Assembly (NCBI GenBank): GCA_023213395.1 | Contig: CM041465.1 | Location: 209,567,741 to 209,631,740 of the forward strand | Reading direction: 5' to 3' | DNA: 64,000 bases | Source: Cycas panzhihuaensis | Taxonomy: Eukaryota; Plantae; Cycadophyta | Part shown: positions 1 through 11,697 of the stretch, one piece after another | How the letters are laid out: every line of letters starts with the position of its first letter | Numbering within the stretch: the stretch's first letter is position 1 | The notes under the pieces: model-generated | What the model was told of the DNA's origin: nothing | Database searches by the model: none | What the model saw: the letters and a program-made list of their open reading frames with translations, nothing else | Translations under genes and position numbers: made by a program

Positions 1-300
1 TCTATGATATCTTAAATTCTTTGTCCATAAAACTTTAGCCTATTACATTTGGTGGAATAAAGGTTCTTTATCTAGTTGATAACCACTTTTGAGTCTTCCT
101 TAACCTTTTAGCAATAAAACATTCATATTTATAACATTAAATAACCATAGAATTAGAGCTCCATACTCTACTATGTTATTTGTATTATCAAAGGGCAACT
201 TAAATGAGAAAGTAAATGCCTTGCCTTTTAGAGATTGGATGACCACTCTAGCTCCCCATTTTGATTTAGCACTATCAAAGAACATCTCCCATAGAGCATC
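1..300 (-). pseudogene. Archaeal-like RNase H (aRH) domain of a decayed Tat-clade Ty3/gypsy element
   Basis: ORF 100-285 (MFFDSAKSKWGARVVIQ...FKLPFDNTNNIVEYGALIL) matches the aRH pattern MFFDGA..GAGVV...F..TNNxAEYEAL; it continues, degenerate, to the window edge. Confidence 0.8.
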
Positions 301-480
301 CTATCTATTGAGATTTGAGTAATATTACTGCCCTTCCAAGGCTTGTAATGGATTAGTTGGTGGTAGCACAATATATATTTCAAGACCATTTGGGTTAAAA
401 GAGAAAAAGTAAGGTGGACCTAGTTTACTTTCAACATGATTGATATGCCTTTGTTTAACTATGAGATCCTTCCTGTAAGG

Positions 481-683
481 TGTTAGAATATAATGTCTTA
501 TTCTAGGAACATTATAAAAAGGGGTCAATATGTTTAAGACCCTCATTACATTTAATCCATATGTTTAATATTACAACCATGTAACGATTACAAAGTTTGT
601 CATATATAAAGGAGGTTTCCCTCTATCAATAATCAAGAGAGTGATTCCATTCTTTCTCACTGTTGAGGGTTTGATTTTCTACA
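481..683 (+). repeat. 5' LTR of copia A
   Basis: tgttagaatataatg...ttttctaca; direct repeat of 13206-13408; followed by a tRNA-iMet PBS. Confidence 0.95.
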
Positions 684-1412
684 TGGTATTAGAGCAAGGA
701 AATTTGCTTACCTGAAAAGGAATAGTCAAAGAATTATTGAAGGAGGATAATAATACTCGAAGACAAAGGCTGATTTAAAATGTTGAGACAAAGATCAAAG
801 TTTAGAAGACCAAAAGGTTATAGAAACTCCATTGTACGAAATCGTATGGACTTGTACGGATCAATTTTTAAAGGTTATCAGACTTCGATAAAACTTGGCT
901 AGATTGAAGATCTCATCGAGAGCATCATTTTCTTCAACTAGGTTGAATTGATCTGAAGTTGTCTTGAGGTCATTTTTCCCCTTTGAATAATTCGTGTAGA
1001 TTTAGGACTCTTATAGCAAATTTCTCTTAAATTTCTTTGAGTTGTTGGGTAATATCTATTATGAACTTAATGTTTATGCCTTACTAAGATACCAAGAACA
1101 ATTTCCAAGAGTATCTCTCCAAATTTAAAGTTTTTTTAGCACTTTTCTAAAAAACCCTAGCTGTCAGTTTTGCCATATGAGGCATGTTTTCACCCAAATG
1201 AGAAATTGTCTCTAAAATCTGACTGCAGAGCTGAACTCGACTTAAGACTCTCTTTGATTTGACATACTCATTTCTTCAATATGTACACTTCAATTTTTGT
1301 ACGAAAATTCGTATGACCATACATTCTAGCACTGTTCATAGGCATCAAACCCTCTAATATTCATTCTTTTGACTCTGTTAGCCCTTTTGGATCTACCCTC
1401 AATAAGTTCATC

Positions 1413-3803
1413 ATGGCATCCTTAATTTCAAGCCTAAGTGACACTTATAAATTGACCGAGAATAACTATAATGTATGGAGGATTAAAATTGAAGCCCTCT
1501 TACGTGTAAAAAATGCATGGGAACTGACCACAAAAGGAGAAAAAATGCCTAATGTTGAAGGAGATGCTCAAAAGAATTAGAAAGAAAGAAATAATGTAAA
1601 AGCAATAACATTAAAACTATTTGTTTCTGATTATTTATTGATATATATAGACAAATTCAATACTTGCTCTTAAATCTGGAAAACCCTAGAAAATCTCTAT
1701 GCCTGAAAGAATAGAGTAAGGGTTATTATTATGAAAGAAGAACTATTTAAACTAGTTATGAAAGAAACAGATATTATAGCTGACTTCATTCACAAGGTTA
1801 CCACTATCTGAAATAAACTTCTGAGTACCGGAGAAGAAATTTTAGGAAAAAAAATTATTGAAATGGTAGTGGGAAAACTTTCCAAGGTCTTTGATGTGAC
1901 CATTAATACCATTACCAATATCAACATAATTGAAGAAATATCACTTGATGATCTGACTAGCATGTTGATGAGATAGGAACAAAGGAACAAAAGATACAAG
2001 GATGAAATAGAAGATGCTTTTGTAATAAGACTAAACATAGGGGGCTCAAGAGAAAAAGGGCACTTTAGGGGTAGAGGATGCACATCTGAGTTCAGAACTC
2101 CTTCACGTGGAAAATGGTCAGAAAATTGAGTTTATGGTCGCATGTACACTCTAAGAGATGCTCAAAAAATTAAGGTTGTGGTCGCATGTACACTCTAGTC
2201 TTCATGATATTGATGTATGGTTCATTAACTCAAGAGCATCAAGGGACATGATAAACAGAAAAGATTGGTTCAAGTAAATCAAAAGCTATTCATCAAAGAT
2301 AATCAAGCTTGGAGATAAGTACCCTTTGAGCATTAAAGGAGTGGAAACTATTGCCATAAATCTACAAGGTTCTGTGAAAAAAGTAGGTAATGTACTCTTT
2401 GTACCTAAACTCAAGATGAATCTCTTGTCAATATCTCAACTAAGTAATAAGGGCTTGAGAACCATTTTTTATGGAAAGGTAATGTGCTATGCATTTGATA
2501 TGAAAAATGGAGGTGTTGTCGTTACCAAGAGAGTGAACTATAATGACCTATATAAATTGTTATCCATTGTTGTTGATCCAAACATAGATGTAAAAGCATT
2601 CTCTATTGTAAATCTCAATAATAATAAAGTATGGCATTTGAAGTATGGACACCTTCCCTTAGATAAATTAGAAATGATGAAGAAAAATAATGTAGTAAAT
2701 GGTCTTCCTTCCATCTCATCAGAGAACTTTATTTACAAAGTCTATCAGTGTGGAAAACAACATTATTTTCCCTTTATAACAAATAAATGGTGTGCTCAAG
2801 AGAAATTGGGGTTAATATACATAGACTTATGTGGTCCTCTAACACCTCTATCTGTAAATGGTTCTAGATATTTTTTAACCTTCATTGATGATTCCACTAA
2901 AAAAGTGTGGGCGTATTTCATTCATAATAAGTTAAATCTGTTTAATATATTTAAGGAATTTAAAGTTGAAGTAGAATTAGAATCATGATGTAAAATTGAA
3001 TGTATGAGATAAGACAGTGGAGGGGAATATATCTTAAAAGAATTCCTTAACTTCTATAAATCTAGGGGCATTTAGAGAGTTCACAACTCCTCATACACCT
3101 CAGTCAAATGGTGTAGTTGAATGAAATAATAGAACCATAATGGAAATGGATCGAAGCATGATCCATAAAAAATAAGTTTCGAGAACCTACCAAGTAGAGG
3201 CAATAAATACAACTTGCTACCTAATCAATTGAAGTCCAACAATAGCACTGCAATATATGACACCAAAAGAAGCCTAGACTAGAAGGAAGCTTGATGTAAT
3301 TAATCTAAGATTCTTTAGTAGTTAGGCCTTTGTACATATTCTAGATAAAGCTAGGATAAAATTGGATTCAAAATGCATAGAATGTGTTATGGTAGGGTAC
3401 AATAAAAACTTAGAAGGGTATAAATGCATAAATCCTAAGATAAATAAAATATATGTAAGTAGGGATATAGTCTTCAATGAAGATTTTCCATTTGAGGTCA
3501 AGTATCCAATACAAACAATTGAAGGAGTGCCCAGAATCAAACCTCAAGAAGAACTACTTACTGAAGAATCAGGAGTAACAATAGAACTAGAATTAGAAGA
3601 ATCAGAATCTATTTCTCACTTTAAAGAAGAACTTTCATCAGAAGAATCAGTTTCTAAAGCACCACAAAAAAAGGTACCAAAATAGTACATCAAACCCATA
3701 GAAGAAGGAAAAGGAGATATGTTCATATATAGGACTAGAAGTCAATAACATTAAACCCTCTTCGAGAGGCTACAACCATAGTCATTTGAAGAAGTGAAAG
3801 AGT
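1413..3803 (+). pseudogene. Copia A gag-protease-integrase (5' part), many stops and frameshifts
   Basis: ATG 1413 MASLISSLSDTYKLTENNYNVWRIKIEALL; ORF 2326-2988 with VLFVPKLKMNLLSISQL, WHLKYGHL and LIYIDLCGPL...RYFLTFIDD; ORF 3362-3685 DSKCIECVMVGY. Confidence 0.92.
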
Positions 3804-3884
3804 TGTTGGACTATGACTGGTTCATTTATTGAGGAGTCCTCTTCCCAAATCACCCACAAGCTTTTAGTGTAACAGAAAGTCACA
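3804..3884 (+). repeat. 81-bp LTRx (TRIM-type) acting as the 5' LTR of copia B
   Basis: Inverted copy at 11149-11229 (10 mismatches in 81 by manual alignment, 9 of them transitions); followed by tg plus degenerate PBS tggtagtagaac 3887-3898. Confidence 0.9.
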
Positions 3885-5788
3885 TGTGGTAGTAGAACTA
3901 GAAGGGGATCTATTCACTCCATTCCACTTGCGTAAAGTCATTTTACCTCTCCTTCACTTTTAATGTGAAGTATTGAGAGTACATTCATTATTTTTTAACA
4001 TTTTAAGAGCTTAAAATTATAGTACTTTATATGTTGCTACTTTCTCTATATGTGTAGAAATTCAAAGGTGAAGAATACAGGTTTTGAAGTCGTTCACTAG
4101 GAGCGATCTAGAAGCATGAAAGACCCAAAATTTCATAAAAAAATTGATGATCTCAGATTTTGATGAAATTTAGCATACAAGGTCACCTTGACTAGAGGAT
4201 CATTTTTTTCTTCTAAAGAAACTTTAGATTCAACATATAACAATGATTTTTGACTTAAACAAAAGAGTAAATTTTACAGATAAATGATTTAAGGCACTTT
4301 TCCCATTGAAATCCTTTAATTATTAGCTAAAAATCTAAAAGTTTTATTAAGGGATTTGGTAGATTTATGTCTTAGGATTAGTTTAAGATAAATCTCATTA
4401 AATTTTATCTATTGGTTAGAGAGATCTATGTAGTTTTTTCACGGTTATTGAATTTGCCTACTCAACCCTACAAAGGACATTGTGAGGGCATTTCAGGCAA
4501 AGTTTTGGATGATTTTGGAGATGGTGCAGAAGGGAAAGTTGGTGTACATATCAAAACATAACTTTTGGCATATTGAAGTTTAGATTCTGAGATAATGGAT
4601 CTAGCAGGATTTTACTTTTGTGCTTTTTCGGGCAAAAAGTTTTTTTTGCCTTTTCAGAAATATGACTTCACACATCTATTAAAAACAACATTTTAAACAC
4701 TTTTTCCTTCTGTCATACATTCATATTTCATCATTTAGGCCTTCATGTTTGGAATTTTTAAAAATTATGTCCATTTATCATTATTTATAAATTTTATAAA
4801 AAATCATAAAATAGGGCAAAATAGCATGCATATAGATTTAAAAAAATCAGTGTTTTAGTAGTAAGTTAATCTACTTTTTAGCTCAATGTGGATTTTGTAT
4901 TAAAATTTTTAAAAACATATTTGGAAACATTATACTAAAGCAAAGAAAACCTTGGATCAGAAGTAATATTCGGTTCCCCTGCTAAATCTAGCATGGTTTT
5001 TCTATTTGCACACATAGCATAAAGCATCATAAAATAGTAACAACAACAAAGCAAGTACAGAAAGCAAGTAAGCACATTTGGCAACTTTCCATTTTGGTTT
5101 TCAGTTATTCAGAAATATCTTACATTATTCCTAAAAGGAATCTCATCCGTACGATCTATACCGCTAGTTCTTCACTTGTCCGCACACTTGCCTTAGTTGA
5201 AATGGACCATGCTTGGTCGAAGTCCAGGCCTTAAGGGAGGCGTGAGTTTTATACTAGGTTTGGTCTTAACCGGAATAGTGGTGGAGGGACAGGTTAGCCA
5301 TACCTACAGCCTCCAATCAGGGATAATCCTCATAACCACTCGGGAAAATTGAAAACCTTAATACAAGATTAAATTTAACCCAGTCTAATATCCATCATAG
5401 TCGTGGGATATATAGTACCATTAGACTCTTCAGAGGAGGTATATAACTGCTCACTAGTGAACTGGGTGAGGACTAGGAGTACCTGAGCTCTACTGTGACT
5501 TGGATTTTATCATTAAGCACATGTATGGGTATCGTAGGTGAAGGCCTTAATCATATACTAGAAGCCTTAGGCATTGAAACCTCACCTACATTTGGATATA
5601 AGTTAGAGGTTAGGCCTCATTCTTGCATCATTACTTATACTTGTTTTTCATAGTTGTTAAAAATACTTAATCATTACTTATTTCTCATCATAAGCATTTA
5701 TTTCTATATCCCTGCTACACCAGGTGTATTAGTCACACCTGTCAGTGGCACATACTTCTATTATCTCTTCTACTTCTTCATCATCACC

Positions 5789-8700
5789 ATGTCATCTTAA
5801 TTTAAGTAGAATGTTAACTACATACTGAAGGGCAAAGAAAATTGGGATCTATGGTATATTAGAGTTAAAAATGTTGCAAAGTATGAAGGCCTTTGGAGAG
5901 CCCACCTGCAGCCTACATCCAATATACCAGCAACAACTACAACACTTGCTTCTGATGGATCTGCCCTAACAACTCCTATAAATGCTGCAACCAAACTACA
6001 ATAGGTGATAGATGATGAAAAGATTCATGTAGGAATTTTGTTGGTCATTGATCACTCCTTACACAACTTGATTAATGAAGACCAATATGATACAGCCTGG
6101 AACATCCTTGAAGTTCTTAAGAAGAACTTTGATACCAAATCAGATTTAGAATTTGTTCATCTTATTATGAAAATGAACAAATTAAAAATGCAAAAGGGAC
6201 AAGCTCATGAGATAATAAATCTCTTTCGACCAATCAAACATGCAATTGATAAAGATTTTAAGACCCAATGTATCACTTGGACATTTTTGATCCAGTTATA
6301 TCTACATGTTTCTGATTATAAAAACTTGCTTGGAAGTCTTCAATCTAGTAGAACATTGAAGACACTCAACTTTGAAGCACTTGCTGATAAGTTCATAGAA
6401 TTTGACAAGACCTTTGATACGAACTTTATAACTTTTGACTCTCTTCTAGATCCAGCATTTGAGGTAGAAGAAGAAGTTTGCTATATAAGAAATCAAGATC
6501 CCTCTCATGGTAGAGAAAATAACCAAGTAAGAGGAAGAGGAAGAAATATGGAAAATCGTCCACAAGGTCAACCAAACCATCAGTCATAGCCTTAGCAGTA
6601 TTAAGGCCAAGGGCCACCTCAACAAAGAGTAAGACAGTTAAGCCAAACAAGTACCTCTTTAGAGACTGGTAATCAAACTATTATGTGTGATCGATATAAC
6701 CATAAAGGACATTTAGCAAAAGACTACAGAACTGCCACTTATAAGTTGGCCAAGTTCCAACCAAAACATAGAGCTCACAATGTTGAAAAAACTTATGAAG
6801 AATCCTTTAGTGGTGCAGGTTTTGTACAAGTATACGTTTAAAGAATTGAGGGATCTTTAGCATCAAATGCTATTGACCAACCAAAGAGATACTTTGAAGC
6901 TTGATGTTGATATATCACTTGTTAATTCCCTTTACCAATGCCAAGCCCTATTGGAATTGCTAATAGTGTGGCTTTAATCAAAGGATAGTGGATCATGGAT
7001 ACAGGAGCAACTCAATATATGACATACAATTGCAGTCTATATTAAACATTTGACTCAAATGTTTAAGGAGTTGTTCACATAGTTGATAAATCACAACAAC
7101 CTGTTGAAGGGATTGGAAACATTTGCCTCATACTCCTAGGCTTAGAAGATTTTACATTGCTTGATGTCTTATACATATCCAATCTCAAATAAAAACTACT
7201 CTCCTTATCTACACTTGTCTCTCGCGGATTTGATCTGAGTGTAACCGCAAATGACTAGACTCTCCAGGTCATTCACCCTCTAACTAATTAAGTGGTCTTG
7301 ACTGGACATCTCTCTGGTAAACTCTTTCAACTAAATGGCTCTCCATCTTCTAAAGCCCATTATGCCCAAAGCCCTTGTGCTGATGAAGAATTTGCATTTA
7401 ATTCCATCTTGACCCATCCAACGTTGTCACCAGAAGCTCTTTGGCATACTCGCATGGGCCATGTTCATATTGATAGACCTAGAGATCTTTCTAATACTCT
7501 TCTAAATCTTCCAAAGTTCTCCTCTAAGCCCTTTAAATATGAAGCTTGTATCATTACCAACTCTCATTAACAACCCTTTCCCAAAAGTTAGTGGAAATCG
7601 AGCCATCCTTTATAATTAGTACAGTCTGATCTATGTGAACCAATGGCCATTCCTTTATTGAAGGGAAAATTATATTACATCACTTTCATTGATGATTTCA
7701 CTAGAAAAGTATGGGTAGCTTTTCTACATAAGAAAGATGAAGCCTTCTGTGTATTTAAAGAATTCAAAGCCCTTACTAAAAAATAGTCAGGTTATCAATT
7801 TAAATATCTTCAAACTGATAATGGTGGTGAATATACCTCACATGAGTTTGAAATCTACCTTCGAGATAATGGCATCAAGTATCAAACAATAGTAACAGGT
7901 ACCCCACAATAAAATAGAGTTACCGAGTGCATGAATAGGACAATCATGAACATGGCTCGGGCTATGTTGATATACAAAAATATACCTATCTACCTATGGG
8001 TTGAAGTAATCTAGACAGCTGTTTATTGTATCAATGTTGTTAGCATATCAAAGGAAGGACAAGCACCTAATGAAAAGTGGTCAAGACAAGCCCCCATTAT
8101 TCACCACTTCAAAAATTTTGGCTCTACATGCTATGCCCACATTTTGGATGTAGATTGAAATAAGCTCTAACCAATGGCACTTAAAGACATCTTTGTTGGA
8201 TACCCTATGGATAAGAAAGGGTATAAGGTCTTCATACCTTCACAACGAAAAATCTTTGTTACCAGAGATGTCATTTTTATGGAGACAAAGGATTAGTTAC
8301 TTAAACTGGACTCCAAAATACCCTCACACCGCTATAATCATGTTATCAAGTACGATGTTCAGATTCCAAAATTGGGGGGGGGGGGGGGGACAAACATAAA
8401 TTACTCAAACTATTGGAAGATGACAAGAGAGCCTTGGAGGATACAAGTTGTGACTCTAAACTGATGAGTGCATATCCAGCACCATCTTTTGAAGATAATA
8501 GAGTTGACAAAGCTAAAACCATTATATAAGAACCATCCTCTCCACCTTCAGTCGATAAAGACAAAACAGTGGTAGAAGGACCATCTTTCTCATATGCATC
8601 AACATCCTCCTTACAAAATAATCATTTTAATAAACAAGATGAGAACCAAGAAGTTAAGAAAATGAGAATTTCATTCCTAACTCGAGGATCTCGAGAAGCC

Positions 8701-10377
8701 CACCAACTCCATAAGGATATACGACTAGATGAGGTGGGTAAAACTAGCACTCGAAGTGCCTATAGAGCAAGGATGCAAGAATTATTATATACTGAACTTG
8801 AACCAGTATAACTGTATCTTACTCTTAATGAAGAGCCTCTCTCATACCAGAAAGCTATAAAACATACAATTTAGAGAAATGCCATGAACGAAAAGTATTA
8901 ATCTCTTATCAATAATGGTACATGGGAGCTCGTTGATCTACCACTTAGCAGAAAGGTAGTTCAAAATAAATAGGTGTTGAAAATTAAATATAGATCAAAT
9001 GGCACCCTTGAAAAACACAAGGCAAGGTTGGTTGCTAAAGGATTTACACAAAGGGAAGGCATTGACTACATTGACGTCTTTACACCTACAACCAAGTGGC
9101 CTATAATTATAACTCTTATGGCTTTGGCTACTCAACAGGGTTAGAAAATCCACCAACTCGATATTAAGACCATATTTCTCAATGGAGATCTTGAAGAAGA
9201 AATTTACATGGCTTAGCCTGAAGGATATGAGATCAAATGTCAAGAGCATAAGGTTTGTAGGCTCAGAAAGTCCTTGTACGGCCTTAAATAAGCCCCTCAT
9301 GCTTAGTTTGCCAAGTTATCTAAAAGAATGAGGTAACTTAGATACTAGGTTTATGACTACTACATTATTGATGCAACATTGTTCATAAAACGCCATAAGG
9401 ATAAAGTCACTTATTTCATAATCTTTGTGGATGACATGCTAGTAATGGGTAATAGTGAACATGCAATGAGCTAGCTAAAAAAAGACCTTAGCAAAACGTT
9501 CAAATTGTTTGACCTCAGTTTGATGAAACATTACTTGGGAATTGAAGTGACACAAAAAAATGAAAAAAATTTCCTTTCCCAAGAAAAATACATCAACAAT
9601 CTTCTAACCAAGTTTTAGTTAGAAGATGCTCAACCAATGATGTTGCCTATGGACCCTAATACCAAACTTTCAGCTGAAGGTGACACTAGGGAGGCAGATG
9701 TAACACTCTAAAGGAAACTTGTAGGTAGTCTCATCTACACTACCAATACAAGGCCAAATATTGCACACTCTATCAACATTCTTGCTCGTTACATGACAAA
9801 TCCTAAGCAGAATCATTGGCAGACAGTAGTACAAGTGTTGAGCTACCTTAAGATGACCAACAAATATGGTTTGTTCTATGAACCTAATTCAGACTTCAAG
9901 TTTTTTGTATACACAGACTCAGACTTTGCAGGAGATAAAGATATAGGAAGATCTACATCTGGCTATGTAACGTTTCTTGGAATAGCACCAATATCATGGA
10001 GATCTAGATGACAGAAGATAGTTGCAGATTCAACTACTGAAGTTGAATACATTATTGCTTCTGAGACTAGTAAGGAGGTGATATAGCTTAGAAAATTATT
10101 AGAAACATTGAATATCACCCAAACAAGTCCTACGAGTCTTCACGTGGATAATCAATCAGCAGTTTGCATGGTGAAAAATCTTATATTTCATGATCATACT
10201 AACCACATAAGTACAAAAGTCCACAGGATTAGAGAACTTGTTTATGACGGCACAATTCAACTAGAATACTGTCCCACAGCAGATTAAGTGGCTGATATCT
10301 TTAATAAACTGCTGCAAAAGGTGAGGTTTGAACAGTTCTAAAGGCACCTCGGCCTTAGGGCCTCCATCTTCGACTAA
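5789..10377 (+). pseudogene. Copia B gag-pol (gag, protease, integrase, RT, RNase H), decayed
   Basis: gag ORF 6005-6589; WIMDTGATQYM protease ~6990; LWHTRMGH; YYITFIDDFTRK integrase; KARLVAKGFTQ and IFVDDML RT; YTDSDFAGDKDIGRSTSGY RNase H. Confidence 0.93.
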
Positions 10378-10825
10378 TCAAAGAAGATGGCAACAGGATC
10401 ATTATACTCTATTCTCTTTGTAAAAACCCCTTGTGGGCACAAAAGAATAAGAGTAAGTCTTTGCTCTATCCTCTTTGTGAAAACCCCATGTGGACACGAA
10501 AGCATAAGGGTTGTATTAGTTTTAGAAAATCAGAACCTGTGAAAACCCCAAAGGGCATAGGGAATGACCAAACGGTATATAGAGACTTAGCAGATTAAGC
10601 TGTATATTTAAGTTGCTTGGTTATCATACTACATCAAAGAGCCACCTTAGCTATTTTGATTTATAAAAGGGGCTATAGATCTTAGAAAGTTCGTGGGTTT
10701 TTATTCCCCATGATGGTTTTCCCACAAAAGTGTCATTTAGAATTTCAATGTAGTAATGAGGCTTAAATGAAGACCTCAAAGAATAGATTTTCTCAAAAAT
10801 GACCTTCCACCATTAAGGGGGGGAT

Positions 10826-11137
10826 TGAAGGAGGTTAATGTATCAAGGTCATTTGTGTAGATTAATTATATGACCTTAAGATATATTGATTAGCATTAGT
10901 CTCTTAATGAAATGTACTTTATGTGCGTTTAGATGTAATTTTAGGTTTATGTCATTAGGTAGAAAAATCCTAACCCTAATGCTCACCCTCAATAATAAAA
11001 GGTGAAATCTCAAAGAGGGAGTCATTATTCATTCTCACCTCTAAGCTTGCTCTCATATCTTGTTTTATCTCTTTTTTATTCTCCATTGCCATTGTGTGCA
11101 TGTGAGTGATTTATTCCCTAGATCCATCCTTCCTTCA
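10826..11137 (+). repeat. 312-bp LTRy, native 3' LTR of copia B
   Basis: Preceded by PPT aaggggggga (~10815-10824); tgaaggaggttaatg...ccttccttca; inverted copy at 11381-11692; related to the LTR at 48572-48869. Confidence 0.93.
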
Positions 11138-11148
11138 TGGATACCACT

Positions 11149-11380
11149 TATGACTTGCCATTACACCAAAAGCCTGTGGGTGATTTGGGAAGAGGACTCC
11201 TCGATAAGTGAACCAACCATAGTCCAACACTCCCCCGTGATGAGGAGGCCACCATAGCACGTATTGCCTGTGTTACAATTCCACCTAAATTGGAGGTACA
11301 TGGGGACCCCAATCAGGGAAAGGGGCTTTGTCCGACATATGCGCGGGATTTGAACCTTGAACCCGAGCTCTGATACCACA
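11149..11380 (-). mobile_element. TRIM-like mini-element body: PBS (11367-11378), ~130-bp non-coding internal region, PPT gggggag (11230-11236), LTRx (11149-11229)
   Basis: Minus strand reads tg-tggtatcagagc-tcgggttcaaggttcaaatcccgcgc...catcacgggggag-tgttggac...gtcata. Confidence 0.85.
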
Positions 11381-11692
11381 TGAAGAAAGGATGGATCTAG
11401 GGAATAAATCTCTCACATGCATATAATGGCAATGGAGAATAAAAAAGAGATGAAACAAGATATGAGATCAAGTTTGGAGGTGAGAATGAATAATGACTCC
11501 CTCCTTGAGATTTTGCCTTTTATTATTGAGGGTAAGCATTAGGGCTAGGATTTTCCCACCTAATGACATGAACCTGAAATTACATCTAAATACACATAAA
11601 GTGCATTTCATTAAGAGACTAATGCTAATCAATATATCCTAAGGTCATATAATTAATCTACGTAAATGACCTTGATATATTAACCTCTTTCA
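11381..11692 (-). repeat. LTRy copy acting as the 5' LTR of the TRIM body
   Basis: Reverse complement of 10826-11137, same 312-bp length; followed on the minus strand by tg plus a perfect PBS. Confidence 0.93.
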
Positions 11693-11697
11693 AGAGC

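Larger units (their letters stand above)
3804..11692. mobile_element. Composite insertion: [LTRx-PBS-copia B internal-PPT-LTRy](+) fused tail-to-tail to [LTRy-PBS-TRIM internal-PPT-LTRx](-)
   Basis: Starts TG (3804) and ends CA (11692); flanked by agagt (3799-3803) and agagc (11693-11697); copia A reading (SFEEVKE|HAEWRITM) resumes across it. Confidence 0.88.

Noticed and set aside
5128-5613. Hammerhead ribozyme / retrozyme in the conserved leader or LTRx
   Set aside because: No CTGANGA...GAAA core with flanking stems found by eye.
11340-11378. tRNA gene or SINE
   Set aside because: Only a B-box-like motif and the PBS are present; no cloverleaf or tail.
11161-11379. 72-aa ORF MVSELGFKVQ...
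   Set aside because: It starts at the PBS from a GTG and runs through the TRIM internal region and LTR with no recognisable domain.
10826-11692. MITE or foldback DNA transposon
   Set aside because: The arms are LTRs with adjacent PPT and PBS, and there is no TSD around this segment alone.
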